Positions 24,701 to 37,691 of a stretch of DNA of 64,000 nucleotides are shown here, one piece after another. Origin of the DNA: Balanoglossus misakiensis (Eukaryota; Animalia; Hemichordata); contig CM082585.2 in the NCBI GenBank assembly GCA_040954595.2, positions 2,448,902 through 2,512,901 of the forward strand, written 5' to 3'. Numbering within the stretch: position 1 is the first letter of the stretch; the number at the start of each line of letters is the position of its first letter. Both the position numbers and the translations under genes were made by a program. The notes under the pieces are model-generated. The model did no database searches. It saw only the letters and a list, made by a program, of their open reading frames with translations, and was not told the DNA's origin.

Positions 24701-26910
24701 TGTATCACCCCAATATGTAATAATTAACCCAATATGTAATACTAACCCAATATGTAATAACACTTAACCCAATATGTAATACTAACCCAATTTGTAATAA
24801 CACTTAACCCAATATGTAATAAACTTTAATTCTACATGTAATAAACGTTATCAGCTAGCTGCATATGTAATAAGCGTTAACCCTATATGTTATAGACTTG
24901 AATTTTACATGAAATAACGTTAATTCTACATGAAAAAATACGTTATTAGTTAACCCTATATCTAATAAACTTTATTTCTACATGAAATAACGTTAATTCT
25001 ACATGGAAAAACGTTATTAGTTAACCCTATATGTAATAAACTTTAACCCTGTATGTAATAAACTTTAACCCATGATGTAACACTAACCCAATATGTAATA
25101 CCACTTAAACCAATATGTAACACTAACCCGATATGTAATAACACTGCCCTAATGTATTTTAATGCTAAGCTAAATGAAATACACCAAATCAATATGAAAT
25201 TATATCAGAATATGAATATTAAAATCCTTATTAAACATGTTTTAAAACTAAACTCAATGTTTTTCATTAACCCAATATGTAATAACACTTAACCCAATAT
25301 GTAATGGTAAAGGTGGCTTGTATTTGTTTTTACGGGGGGGGGGGGGGGTACATTTGTCTTTCTGGGAAAAGACCATAATATTATTTCATCTATTTTCAAT
25401 AGAGGTGGTGATAGAGGGGGAAACCCTATTGTTTAACATACTTCCCGCTTAACCCAACGAATTACTTGTAAGTTCGGGTAGCATTTGATAGTCCTGGTAA
25501 AGTTAACATAGTGATAGATTTACCTAACCTTTACATCCACATGAAATCAAGGTAAATTTTGTTGTTTGAACCTCTAGCTTTATGCTATATTTCGCAAAAC
25601 TATTACTATCGGCTGTTAGTATACGGATCCACCCACTAGGGGACTGCAACACTGGGCTAATTCGCCACATTTGTCCCGTCTCACCCGAGGTGGGGAGGCC
25701 CCGGGGGTACGCTGGGGATTAGAAAATTTTGTAAAATAAAGGGTGCGAAACTGCAATTTTGTGGACTCAAAAGTACAAGTTTTGTGGCAAAAGTACGTGA
25801 ACCCCCTAAACGTTTTTTTAAAAAAAGATGACCCCCCCCCCCTTTGGGACTTCAAAATTAAGAAAGGTATACTTGTATCTGTTTCACTTTTGACGGGCAA
25901 GTAGTGTGCACGGATGGTAAAGTGTAACCCCCCCCCCCCTGCCCCAATCTCTACAAGTGAGGATTGAAGTGTCCTGATGTATATGGCTTCATTAATAACT
26001 CAGATTCTCTGTCTAAAATTTGGAAAATTTCCATGTCAATTATGTGTCCTGGGTATTCTCTGTATATGTCTGGAAGCTTCCATCTGAGACAATATGTTGA
26101 TGTCACGCATGCGTACACAACTTGATTTCACTACTTTTTATAAAGACTTGAGTTTTACTTCAACTCTATTGGGTTAATATTACATATTCAAACACATTAG
26201 GGCAGTGTTATTACATATTGGGGTAAAGTGTTATTACATATTGGGTTAGTATTACATATTTGGTTAAGGTGTTATTACATATTGGGTTAGTATTACATAT
26301 TGGGTTAAGGTGTTATTACATATTGGGTTAGTATTACATATTGGGTTAAAGTGTTATTACATATTGGGTTAGTGTTACATATTGGTTTAAGTGGTATTAC
26401 ATATTGGGTTAGTGTTACATATTGGGTTAAAGTTAATTACATACAGGGTTAAAGTTTATTACATATAGGGTTAACTAGTAACGTTTTTTTTCATGTAGAA
26501 TTAACGTTATTTCATGTAGAAATAAAGTTTATTAGATATAGGGTTAACTAATAACGTATTTTTTCATGTAGAATTAACGTTATTTCATGTAGAACTAAAG
26601 TTTATTACATATAGGGTTAACGTTTATTACATATAGGGTTAACTGAAAACGTTTATTTCATGTAAAATTCAAGTCTATAACATATAGGGTTAACGCTTAT
26701 TACATATGCAGCTAGCTGATAACGTTTATTACATGTAGAATTAAAGTTTATTACATATTGGGTTAAGTGTTATTACATATTGGGTTAGTATTACATATTG
26801 GGTTAAGTGTTATTACATATTGGGTTAGTATTACATATTGGGTTAAGGCGTTATTACATATTGGGTTAGTATTACATATTGGGTTAATTATTACATATTG
26901 GGGTGATACA
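24701..26910. mobile_element. Foldback DNA element with long minisatellite TIRs, TGT...ACA ends and 6-bp TSD GCCATG
   Basis: TGTATCACCCCAATATGTAAT at 24701 is the reverse complement of the end at 26910. Arms are arrays of (TAACCCAATATGTAAT..)n, ~19-22 bp. GCCATG lies at 24695-24700 and 26911-26916. Confidence 0.92.
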
Positions 26911-28836
26911 GCCATGAACATCTCAGCACGGCTGTCACCACACGGCCAACGGATAACACATGTTTCCGTTGTGATAGGCCATATAGTCAAAGTCCATGTA
27001 GACATGTTCCTTTCTATCGGTTAGAATGTCTTACTTTTATAGAAGTTAACTGTGTGTGCCTATTTCGAGATTTATATGCCATTCTTCTTTGGAGTTGTGG
27101 ATAATTCACGCACGCGCACAATATCCCTTCATGGAAAAATGCGATTATTGTGAGTTTTGATCGCGAATAATAAAACAATTCCATCGGTGAAATTCTGATC
27201 ACAAAATACTGGAATTCCAACAACAGGAAAACAATGAATGATACGACATTCCATGATAACGACAACCGGCCCATAATGCACTACTGAGCACAAAATGTCT
27301 GACTTGTAAATTTGTACAGAGGAAGAACTCGCTGGTGTATAAGCCCCCCCCCCCCCCCCCCCCGTCTTGTACATGAAGGCATAAGACAACAAAGTACACT
27401 GAAATGTGCTAGTACCTCAATAATTTTTTGTTTGTAGACATAACTGTTTATTAGAAATAAAAGAATTGGTGCATGGTGTACCTTAATCTTACGCTAAATT
27501 CGGATTAAAGCGTTTATTAGCAACTTCTTCACAATGGTATTTTAGTGTCACGAGGAATGGAACAAACATGCTGTGATGAAAATTTGATTATGGTCAGTAA
27601 ATATCACAACTTTATGTGCACGCATGTACCGATTTGATTGCCTTTCTTTTTGGGTTACAACAAATATGAGTTCTTGGAGAGAGGGTCGGTGTATAAACGT
27701 CGAGGGGATAAACTTTTCATTGTTTTTTTCTTCTTCCAAACTTTCATTTAAAAGAGGGTTTGGGATCAAACGAAAATAGTTGCATTTTGTATGCCTCACT
27801 TTATGCTTTATTTTCGTGATTTTACTGTCAAAGTTCGATTGATTCATTTTAAAAAGTTTACTCGTGGGTATGCACACATGTATCATCAACCTGTCGCGTC
27901 GTCTGTCTGCAAAGGTTACGGAGAAGATTGAATTAGCTCATGCGGAATTAATAATTATCCACGACCCTTTATGACCAACAACATGCCTGCGTCACCTTGA
28001 ATGAACTCATTTTGGGTCAAAGGTGATCATCATTTGATATGGCGTCAATCTGACTGCATATAGACGCATTGCCGGAATAGTTACAAAGTAAAACAGACAT
28101 GGATTCCAATGGGTGTTTTATCTAAAGCTAGAACTCGCTCATAAAATTGTGTTCACTTTGGACTTGCTCAACCGGTAAAATAATTTTTGAAAAATATCGT
28201 TCAATGGAGACTTGGACTTGTGAATGGAAAACATTGCGATTAGTGTGACTTTTTTTGTCAACTAGCAATACACACAGACACTAGAAGTTTCTATGTTTTC
28301 CGTGTGTCGGGCAAGCTGACCCGTTGAAACATAAAAAACCTATTAGCCACCGACTAGCCACTAGTCTAAACGTAACCGTCATATGTTTTGTGACAAAAAT
28401 TGCTCGTTAAATTTACGTGCATGGGGTTGAAGGGAGAAATTTTGAACAACAGTCCTCAGTCCACAAAACAAACAAAATGTAAACCACTTGTAAAAACAGT
28501 CGTCGTTCGCGTCACCGCCAGACATCGTTGCCCTTGGTGTGAAATGTCAGTTGTTACAGTTAACAGTTCACTTACCTCTGGATCCCTATCTTCACCGGAA
28601 GCCATGGTTACGTCATTGACATTGTGTTGGAATACTTTAGGAACTTGGATCTGTAGCACCGCTATAGAGTTGAACAAGTCAGCTTCGTAAATGTTCTATA
28701 ATGGCGTCGTCGCCTGTCTGGTCAGGTGATGTTGACAACAAGTTGGGGAAACCCCCGATAAATCAGGAAATACACTACAAAGGAAAATGATGACAAGATT
28801 TGGGTCAAAGTTCATAACGCCGTAAAAGTGTGGCAT

Positions 28837-29095
28837 AAGCACGATTATAATCACTATTATAATCGCATTAAGACATGCTTCTTTGTGATCAAGTTTTACA
28901 GTTTTCTATTATCCGACAGGGAGGTTTACAGCACTTTAGTCTCCGGGGGGAGACACTTCATGGAAGAGCAACTTCATTTTTCCCGCCTTGACAATATTTG
29001 CAGTTTCCTATAGGGGGGAGTCAATACTAGGAACAGCCTTTTCCATTTTACAGCCGTTACTTCAAGACAACGAGCTGGTTCATCTCCTCGAATTT
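28837..29095 (+). repeat. Split direct repeat A1
   Basis: Near-identical to 34081-34341. Confidence 0.95.
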
Positions 29096-30051
29096 TCACT
29101 TTTTCTTCGAATTTTCAGGCAAGTGCCAATTTCCTACCATTCATAAGGTTTTTGTAGAGAATTGCATATAGCATTGGCGGTAAATGCTAAGGCTATTTTC
29201 TCTTTTTTAAGAAGTAGTTGTCGGTATATATGTTATTCAATATTTCATAGTAGCTTTCATTTAACGCCGTGTCACACAGTTTTGCAGCCCAAGTTGTAAT
29301 TACATTTTATTGTATAGTTTTACAAGCCCCACATTGATATATTACGGCGTCCGTTTTTACCTTTTTCCAAGGTTTTCACCTACGTGGTTTATTTTCATTT
29401 TACATTACATTACGCACTTTCTTCTCTCAAATTTTGAGACTTGGTTATTACATCTAGACTTTTCATGGTACGAGTGCAACATGAGACAAGTGAAGGTATC
29501 TTTACTCGCCAGAAATTATCGGGCGATACAAATGATAGTCTTTTTCATAGAAAAGACGTTTACTTTTTATTTTAATTTGTCTTTGTCGGGATTTATTGTT
29601 AGGATCATTTATAAATCAGTGCTTGCATCTTTTCACGGTGCAATTCCCGCCTGACGGGTCACATGATCAATTTTAGCAGGTTTATTTTGCTACTTTGTTT
29701 GACTTTTCCCGCCAAAACGTTTCCTCGAGTCGTGACATTCTGGCAATTGTATAGTTACCCAGTGGTGGTTTTGCTATGCATGTCACAAGTATGTATACAT
29801 CAATTTTCTCGGTAACAATATCATATGGTGGCCATTTATAAGGTGTTTTCCTTTTTCACGTTACTTAACTCACAATACCCTTTATTAGAAGGGTTGTTTT
29901 TCTGAGGAGTATATTGCTGATAGTTTATTTTACATTTTACAGATTTTATTGGCACTCCTACATAGCTATGTTATGCGATTATTTTAGCCAATAGGGGCAT
30001 ATAAATTGTAGCACACTTTACTTGTACTTAATATTTAAATTCATTAACAGC

Positions 30052-31227
30052 ATGCCATCGAAGCGGAAAGCTACTTCGAAGGGCAAGACTATTTTGCCTA
30101 AGCGCAAGGCCACGTCATCAAGTGCTGAGGTACCAACCCAGGCAGGTTCACAACAGGGAGAACAGCCGGCCGCAAGTTCAACCATCGACCCAGATGCGTT
30201 AGCTACCTCAATATCTCAGGCAGTCGTCAAGAGTCTTAAAGACGCCGGCCTTTTTCCCGCTGCAAGCCCACCTACAGCGACAGCCACCGCATCTTCATCA
30301 GTCGCCAATCAAGTCATCTATGACATTACTGGTCCAGAGGTGCAAGTTTATTCGTTACCACAAGGTCAGGTCCAGGATGAACCTGCATGTCAGGTTAATC
30401 TAACACCTACTATTCAGGGGTCAGAGACAGAGCGTCAACCTACCACACTGTTTGCAAGCCAATCCATGCCCTTGGTTACAAGGGTGTCGGATAAGGTTAA
30501 GGCTAAAATCTGGGCAGGTGATTACATCGATTTCGCGTCTTTGCTCATCAATCCCTCCCTGCGTGATGGTAAATACACCGTCGCTTTATCTGATAGTGTT
30601 GGTAGGCCTCAGCTATGTCTAGAGCCCGTTGCTAGTGCTACGAAAATTACTTACATTGAGCAGTGGATTTCAGCTTTTAACATCTTTGTAGCTGTGTACA
30701 CATTGAGAAAGCCTGAAGACATTGCAGGCCTTTTGAAGTATGGGGAAGTGGTGCGGTATCTAGCTGCCAAAAAAGCGGGCTGGAAGTTTTACGATGAGCA
30801 GTTTCGCTTTATGAAGCAGTCTACTCCTGTTCCTTGGGACCAGATTCACTGGGAGTTGTGGTTACAGGCCATACATAGGGTTAAGAATTTGTCTTCTGAT
30901 CGGGCTGCCCCCATGTCTAGCAGTAACAGTTCCATTTCGGGTTTCTCCAGTACGTCCTTTCCGAAAGGGGTTTGTTGGCGTTTTCACTCGGGAAAGTTCT
31001 GCCCTGGATGTCGCTTCGACCACAAATGCTTTAAGTGTGGGGCAAACCATCCCATTTCCATGTGTAGTGTCAACAGTTCATATAGTCTCAGCAGTGGGGA
31101 AGGAGTCCATCAGCCCTTTCACTCTGGAAAAGGAGGAGGTCCCTACCACGCTTCCAGAGCTTCCGTGGTGTCCAAACAGCCCTCCGTTGCCAATAATAGT
31201 GTCACCAGTAAAGGTTCAAGTTCTTAG
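30052..31227 (+). CDS. gag: Gag-like ORF1 of the YR retrotransposon
   Basis: MPSKRK start, VKAKIWAGDYIDFASLL, W..YDEQFR, and C-terminal CWRFH..C..C.F.H.C..C...H zinc knuckle. Confidence 0.88.
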   Translation: MPSKRKATSKGKTILPKRKATSSSAEVPTQAGSQQGEQPAASSTIDPDALATSISQAVVKSLKDAGLFPAASPPTATATASSSVANQVIYDITGPEVQVYSLPQGQVQDEPACQVNLTPTIQGSETERQPTTLFASQSMPLVTRVSDKVKAKIWAGDYIDFASLLINPSLRDGKYTVALSDSVGRPQLCLEPVASATKITYIEQWISAFNIFVAVYTLRKPEDIAGLLKYGEVVRYLAAKKAGWKFYDEQFRFMKQSTPVPWDQIHWELWLQAIHRVKNLSSDRAAPMSSSNSSISGFSSTSFPKGVCWRFHSGKFCPGCRFDHKCFKCGANHPISMCSVNSSYSLSSGEGVHQPFHSGKGGGPYHASRASVVSKQPSVANNSVTSKGSSS

Positions 31228-32756
31228 GCAGTTTCTACACGGCTACGACAAGGGCAAGGCGGTGTATTTGTTGGCAGGTTTTTCACATGGTTTTTCGATA
31301 AATTACTGTGGTCATAGGGTCATAGGTCATCCCCTAATTTGAAGTCTGCACTTGACAATCCTGAAGCAGCTAGGGCCATGCTTACTTCTGAGGCACAGGC
31401 AGGCAAGGTCGCAGGGCCCTTTCGTTCACCAGCTTTTCCCAACTTCCACATTTCCCCGTTGGGTCTTGTTCCCAAAAAACAGGCCGGTAAGTTTCGGTTT
31501 ATTCACCACCTTTCTTTTCCTCCGGGGTCATCAGTTAATGACGGTATTCCTCCTGAGTTGGCAACTGTTCAGTATGCCACCATTGATGATGCAGTTCGGA
31601 TCATTTTGAGGTTGGGCCCAGGATGTTTTTTGGCTAAGACTGACATCAAGTCAGCATTTAGAATCATACCAGTGGCACCTCAGGACCATTGCTTGTTGGG
31701 TTTCAAGTGGGATGGGTGTTTCTTCTTTGATAGATGTCTGCCTATGGGGTGTTCGTCGTCCTGTCGCATTTTTGAACAGTTTAGTACTGCATTAGAGTGG
31801 ATGTCTCATCAGGTTGCAGGCGTGGAGGCTGTTATTCACATTCTAGACGATTTCCTTTTTCTGGCTAGTAACAAAAACGGTGTTCAGCGGATCTGCAGAC
31901 ATTCCTAGGTTTTTGTGCAGAGCTGGGGGTTCCTATTGCTCAGGATAAGACCATGGGGCCCAGTACTACTTTGGTTTTTGCAGGTATCGAATTAGACACT
32001 GTATTAGGAGAATCTAGGCTCCCAGAGGATAAATTGTTTCGGTGCCGCAACTTGATCAATTCCTTTTTGTCCAGAAGAAAGGTTAGGCTACAGGAAATTC
32101 AGTCATTGGTTTGGACCTTAAATTTTGCTTGTTTGGTGGTGCTCCCAGGACGGGCATGTTTACGTAGGTTGATCGATTTAACGAAAGGGGTCAAGAAGTC
32201 GCACTTCTTTTTACGTCTGACCAGAGAGGTTAAAGCAGACCTCCTAAACCATTACAACGGGAAGTCGTTTTTTATGGAGGATCGGTGGCATTCATCCGAA
32301 TCACTTCGTTTGTTCACAGATGCAGCTGGGTCTCTTGGGTATGGTGGCATTTTTGGTTCTCACTGGTTCTTTGGAGAGTGGCCTACTAGTTGGCACGCAC
32401 TAAATATCGCAGTCCTGGAGTTATTCCCTATCATGCTGGCGTTAGAGGTTTGCGGACAAAAGCTATGTAACAAATGTATGATGTTCTACACTGATAATGA
32501 GGCCTTGGTGTCAGTCTTGAATAAACAAACAGCGAAGGACAGGGACCTTATGATTTTGGTTCGACTGATTGTGCTCACTAGCCTTCAGTACAACATTCTT
32601 TTCCGAGCTAAACATATTCCTGGTAAGCATAACATTTTGGAAGACTGTCTTTCCCGCTTGCAGGTAGGCCAGTTCAAGTCTGCATCTCGGGGCATGGATA
32701 CCTATCCGACTCCAGTGCCGTCTCATTTGCTACCTATACATTGGACATGGAAGTAG
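31037..32756 (+). pseudogene. RT/RNase H ORF2, two frameshifts (~31335, ~31877) and a probable short in-frame deletion (~32240)
   Basis: SPLGLVPKK, FRFIHHLS, KTDIKSAFR, LPMG, HILDDF, FTDAAGSLG, YTDNEA, HIPGKHN, split over three ORFs. Confidence 0.92.
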
Positions 32757-33664
32757 GCAGACTTCTGCAGCAGGCTCTTCACAGTTCTTCCAGGTCAACC
32801 TATCAGCGTGCTTGGAGAGTTCTTACACAGTTCATGGGTAGCCAGTTAGGGGTGCATTGTCCATCTCTGCCGCTGTCAGAATCCTCGGTCACATTGTTTA
32901 TTGGTCACCTCTCTAGGCAACACCTTGCCCCATCCACTGTTTCTACCTATTTGTCAGCCATTAGCTACGTTCATAAACTTGCAGGCTTGCAGGACCCTAC
33001 TAAGTCCTTTTTGGTTCACAAATTGGTCCAGTCATACCGTAAGCTGGTGCATCAACGAGATGATCGTCTCCCTATCACTAGGGATATCCTACTTCGTCTG
33101 ATTAAGGCCATTCCAAATGTGGTCACATCTGTTTATCAGAGTTCTCTTTTTAAGGCTATGTTCTTATCAGCCTTCTATGGGTTCCTCAGGATTGGGGAAT
33201 TCACAGTTCGGAATAGGTTTGATGTTGGAAAAGCCATTCTTTTCCACCAGTTGGAGTTTCAGGTTAGCGCAGGTTTGCCACAGTCAGCAACTGTGTCCTT
33301 ATTCAATTTTAAGCACAGTAAACCAGGCGATGTGTTTGTTATCAAATTTCAGAAGGTTCTTAGGTCTGACTTGTGTCCGGTTCAGGCATTGTGGGAATTT
33401 AGTCGTTTGAGGGGGAGTGAGCCTGGCCCTCTTTTCTGCATGCCAGGGCCGTTAGGCATAGGACGGGGAGATTTCACGGCACAGCTTAGGCGTTCGCTCA
33501 CTTTTTGCGGCTTTGAGGTAGACAGGTTCAAGGGACATAGCTTTAGGATAGGAGCAGCCTCTCAAGCTGCTAAAGATGGATTGTCTGATGCACAGATACG
33601 CGCCTTAGGCAGGTGGAGGTCAGATGCTTTTAAGGGGTACATTAGGCAACCAGCATCTTGGTAA
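32741..33664 (+). CDS. Tyrosine recombinase, apparently intact
   Basis: Catalytic boxes YGFLRIGE (R), FKHSK, GHSFRIGAA (HxxR) and GRWRSDAFKGYIR (W, Y). Confidence 0.93.
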   Translation: MDMEVGRLLQQALHSSSRSTYQRAWRVLTQFMGSQLGVHCPSLPLSESSVTLFIGHLSRQHLAPSTVSTYLSAISYVHKLAGLQDPTKSFLVHKLVQSYRKLVHQRDDRLPITRDILLRLIKAIPNVVTSVYQSSLFKAMFLSAFYGFLRIGEFTVRNRFDVGKAILFHQLEFQVSAGLPQSATVSLFNFKHSKPGDVFVIKFQKVLRSDLCPVQALWEFSRLRGSEPGPLFCMPGPLGIGRGDFTAQLRRSLTFCGFEVDRFKGHSFRIGAASQAAKDGLSDAQIRALGRWRSDAFKGYIRQPASW

Positions 33665-33774
33665 CCAATTTTTAGGCTTATGGCTATCAAGAGCAGGGGA
33701 TGGTGTTTTTAGGGTCCTTCCCTGGGGTGGTCTGGTCATTTTGGGTGGGGCGGCCACACCAGGGTGTGGCTTAT

Positions 33775-34777
33775 GGCGTTTTTAGGCCCACACCTTTGTG
33801 GGAGATTCTTTATGTACCTATTTTACAGTGTTTAATGTTATGTTAATTTTCCTCGCCAGTTGACCTTTGACCTATACCTACCTTGTTGAGGTTTTTGCTG
33901 TTTTATTGAGGCAGGCAACTGGCGAGGAATTTTTCATCATCTTTACACATGGTTAACTTTGCAATAAAGGGTCAATATCTCTTGGCCATTTTTCGCCAAT
34001 TCTGGTTGTGTCGTGTTTTTGTATCTCCCACAAACAGAGCAAAATGACCAGTACAGGTCTATTCTGGTGCAGGGATATAAAAGCACGATTATAATCACTA
34101 TTATAATCGCATTTATAGACATGCTTCTTAGTGATCAAGTTTTACAGTTTTCTATTATCCGACAGGGAGGTTTACAGCACTTTAGTCTCCGGGGGGAGAC
34201 ACTTCATGGAAGAGCAACTTCATTTTCCCGCCTTGACAATATTTGCAGTTTCCTATAGGGGGGGAGTCAATACTAGGAACAGCCTTTTCCATTTTACAGC
34301 CGTGACCTCAAGACAACGAGCTGGTTCATCTCCTCGAATTTACACTCCCACCGCCTTCCCATCTACCTCCCCTACCTAGGTCGTATGGGACGGAGGTATA
34401 TGTATTTTAGAGCTTACATGGACTTTGTATCTTTACTTATCTCATTGTCGCATTGGATTGTAGTTGTTAGAGGCGTTTTTAGGCCCACACCTTTGTGGGA
34501 GATTCTTTATGTACCTATTTTACAGTGTTTAATGTTATGTTAATTTTCCTCGCCAGTTGACCTTTGACCTATACCTACCTTGTTGAGGTTTTTGCTGTTT
34601 TATTGAGGCAGGCAACTGGCGAGGAATTTTTCATCATCTTTACACATGGTTAACTTTGCAATAAAGGGTCAATATCTCTTGGCCATTTTTCGCCAATTCT
34701 GGTTGTGTCGTGTTTTTGTATCTCCCACAAACAGAGCAAAATGACCAGTACAGGTCTATTCTGGTGCAGGGATATAA
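33775..34777 (+). repeat. B1-A2-spacer-B2 terminal repeat block
   Basis: B1 33775-34080, A2 34081-34341, ~130-bp unique spacer, B2 34472-34777. Confidence 0.95.
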
Positions 34778-35068
34778 ACAAAATTACCGTTTTTTACACG
34801 TGTACTCTAGTTTCGAATGACATATTAAGATGCATGATGCATGGTCAACTTTTTTACCTAATTTAAATTTAATGACATAATATCAAAAAATGTTTTTTTT
34901 CACCCAAAATCGCCACCATTTCCGGGGATCAATAATATTTGCAACTCAAACAAAAGTTCAAAAACTCAGCTTCCAGAATATATATGGTTTATGGGGGTTT
35001 TAACGTTGTCTTTGAAGAGAAATAGGCCTCTGAAAAAGTCTCGACGGTTTCATGCAATGCCACCTTAA
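34778..35068. mobile_element. End of a TTAA (Kolobok-like) element that hosts the YR retrotransposon
   Basis: Ends ...GCAATGCCACCT-TAA. Its reverse complement matches 40984-41230 (AGGTGGCATTGCA...). Confidence 0.55.
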
Positions 35069-35474
35069 GGACTGCATAACATACAGAACTCTCAGTACAA
35101 AAAAGCAATATGTGGAAAATACCAACTTAGCATCTTATGCAATATGAAGGATATGGAGGAATGGCTTCCCCTTCAGCACTATACATGATTCTACAGCCTC
35201 ATGGGGTCATTATTCACACACACATAAAATGAATGGCTGATTACATGAAATATTTTCGAAAGTTGTCACGGAAGGCTCTTGTTTTTGTTAACATAAAAAT
35301 GATAGGAAATTCAAGAAACGTAGAAAGCAATGACATGTGAATATTGATATTAAAAATGTGATTTTAATAGTATGGCAACTATGGTCACTTCCATATAACA
35401 GACTATATTTCTTAACATGCATCTAATAGTTTGATTCTAACATGCTTGTCACGCCGTTCACCAAACACAAAACA

Positions 35475-35680
35475 CACCAAAGTGGTTTATATGTTTCACA
35501 AGACATATGTCTATAACATGGACATCATCAGTTCATACGTATGGCCAGTCTGGCTACAGAGGTGAACTGACTAAGTACACCAAAGTGGTTTATATGTTTC
35601 ACAAGACATATGCCTATAACAGGGACATCATCAGTTCATACGTATGGCCAGTCTGGCTACAGAGGTGAACTGACTAAGTA
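35475..35680. repeat. 103-bp tandem duplication
   Basis: CACCAAAGTGGTTTATATG at 35475 and 35578. Confidence 0.95.
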
Positions 35681-37526
35681 TATGCATGGGATTCTTTTAT
35701 ATCCTGTTGGTCACGTGACCAGTTTATATATTTTCTGCTATTTCCCCAAGGGATTCATAGTCGATTCTATTTTCTTATCACGTGACGGATTCTGGCGAAT
35801 CATGACACAGTGTTAGCATGATGTATGTTATAAATACAGATATTACATACATACCGGTATTCAAATGAACTAATGGTTCGGTCGAAATCCATTCTTTCTG
35901 TTGGAAAAGTTGGATGTCTACACAGGGAACTGGGGGTGAAAGGTGAGAGTGCTAAGAAAAAAGGCTGATGGTGATTTTCCATTTTTATCTAACCTGTATA
36001 CATGTGTGTGCTTAATCTTTCCCAATAATGCTGACACACAACAAGTTAATTGTTTTACAAAACTCTCCTTGAGAGTCAAATGAAGGCACCTGATATTAGC
36101 CCAAAGACTTCATTCTTTTCCACACACCACTTTTCTCTTTTCATAGAGCTCCATTTCAAATTGTGTACACAAACAATGTCATTGTCACTGCCCAAGCCCA
36201 AACTTTCAAATTACAATGTGACATTTCAAAACACTGTTAGACTTCCCAATGAAACATTAACCCTGGATCTGTATCCCTTCAAAGTAATGACAAAGTTGCT
36301 ATTTTTGACATTATGGTGTTATTTAATTGTTTGGCTTTAACAAAAATTATGACAGGGACGTATAAACGTGTTATGTCCACACATATGCGGTGAGTTCAGC
36401 TTCAATCTAATTTCATAACAAATTATTCAACAACAAAAATAGAAAATGAACATCAAGAGCTAGTGACTTTGTGGCTTTCACAAGATAAATATACATTGCC
36501 CCATGCTAGAGTGTAATATTAACACGTCTCATACAATCTACAAATCTCTGTATATAACCAAACACATTCATTATAGCTGCATTAGTTGGTTCACAGGTAA
36601 TCTGTAACCAGATAGGCTGACCTGAGCAATCCATGTTTTTGCAAGTGTTGTATTGTCACTGTTAAAGCGAAACTTCTTTGGTATAACGCTCCAATGAACA
36701 CAAGAGTATCAAAATTGGACAGATAAATGACCAATAACACAAAGTCTGTGATTGGGTAATACAAATGATAAGTACACAACTGGAAGTTCTGTCACTCATA
36801 GTTCTGTCTATTGCTCTCCTCCCAGGGGGAGCGATAGAGAACAACTTTAGAGATACGTTCTCCAATTTAATGATCAGGCATTAATGAAATATTAGTCTAG
36901 TATATAGCTGTATTTTGTCTGATTTGCTTCCAGAAACTATGCATGTCACTGGCCCAATAGGGCCTGATACCCCTTGCTGAGAATTGTGATGTAACTAGTG
37001 TCCCTTTGAAGTCAATCACACACTTTGTTTTTCCAATGATTGGTCAAAGGATACACATGTGTGATTAAGGATGGTTACCATTTTGAATTTAAATTAGCCT
37101 TGCCTTCACTATAACCTTACAAGCAATCACCACTGATTAGTTTATGTGAGTGACTTAAAGGGAGATGCTAGTAACATTACAATTCTCAGCAAGGGCTATC
37201 AGGCTTTATTGGGCCAGTGGCATGCATGACTCTAGATGCTCGTTTTGGAAGCAGAAAGAAATGGCCATATACTGTCTGGAATATTTGAACATTCCCGCAT
37301 ACCTTGAGAAATTTCTGACATTTCTTTGGGCATCTGGGTTTCATTTAGTATATAGAAGTTACAATGGTAATGAAGGCATGAACAGTCTCCTGTTCATTAT
37401 AGTCAGTTTCCTGTATGAGTTTATTGATTCAGATATATCAAAAAGACTCAGGTCATCAGCCAACAGATTACTACATGATTGTTGCTGTGTTTGTTGCAAG
37501 CTGGGTGCCAAGTCCATCTGAGGTAC

Positions 37527-37691
37527 CTTTGGTCGCGGCCTTGGCTGTTGTCCTAGTTACAGCTGTTGTTGTTGTGATAACTGCTGTGGTTGTTGTTGTT
37601 GTTGCAATGTTTGGTGTGTTCTGCTGGTTGTTGTTTTGGTGGTGGAATGGTTGCTTGGACGTGTTCTGCTGGCTTGTTGTTGTTGCTGTTG
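37527..37691 (-). CDS. Candidate Thr/Gln/Asn-rich (mucin-like) symmetric phase-1 exon
   Basis: TTCAACAG acceptor and AAG/GTACCT donor; 165 bp (multiple of 3); encodes ATATTTSQQNTSK...TTAKAATK. Confidence 0.35.

Larger units (their letters stand above)
28837..34777 (+). mobile_element. Structurally complete Ngaro/PAT-type YR retrotransposon with split direct repeats A1-ORFs-B1-A2-spacer-B2
   Basis: A1 28837-29095 matches A2 34081-34341. B1 33775-34080 matches B2 34472-34777. Gene order is gag, RT/RH, YR. Confidence 0.95.
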
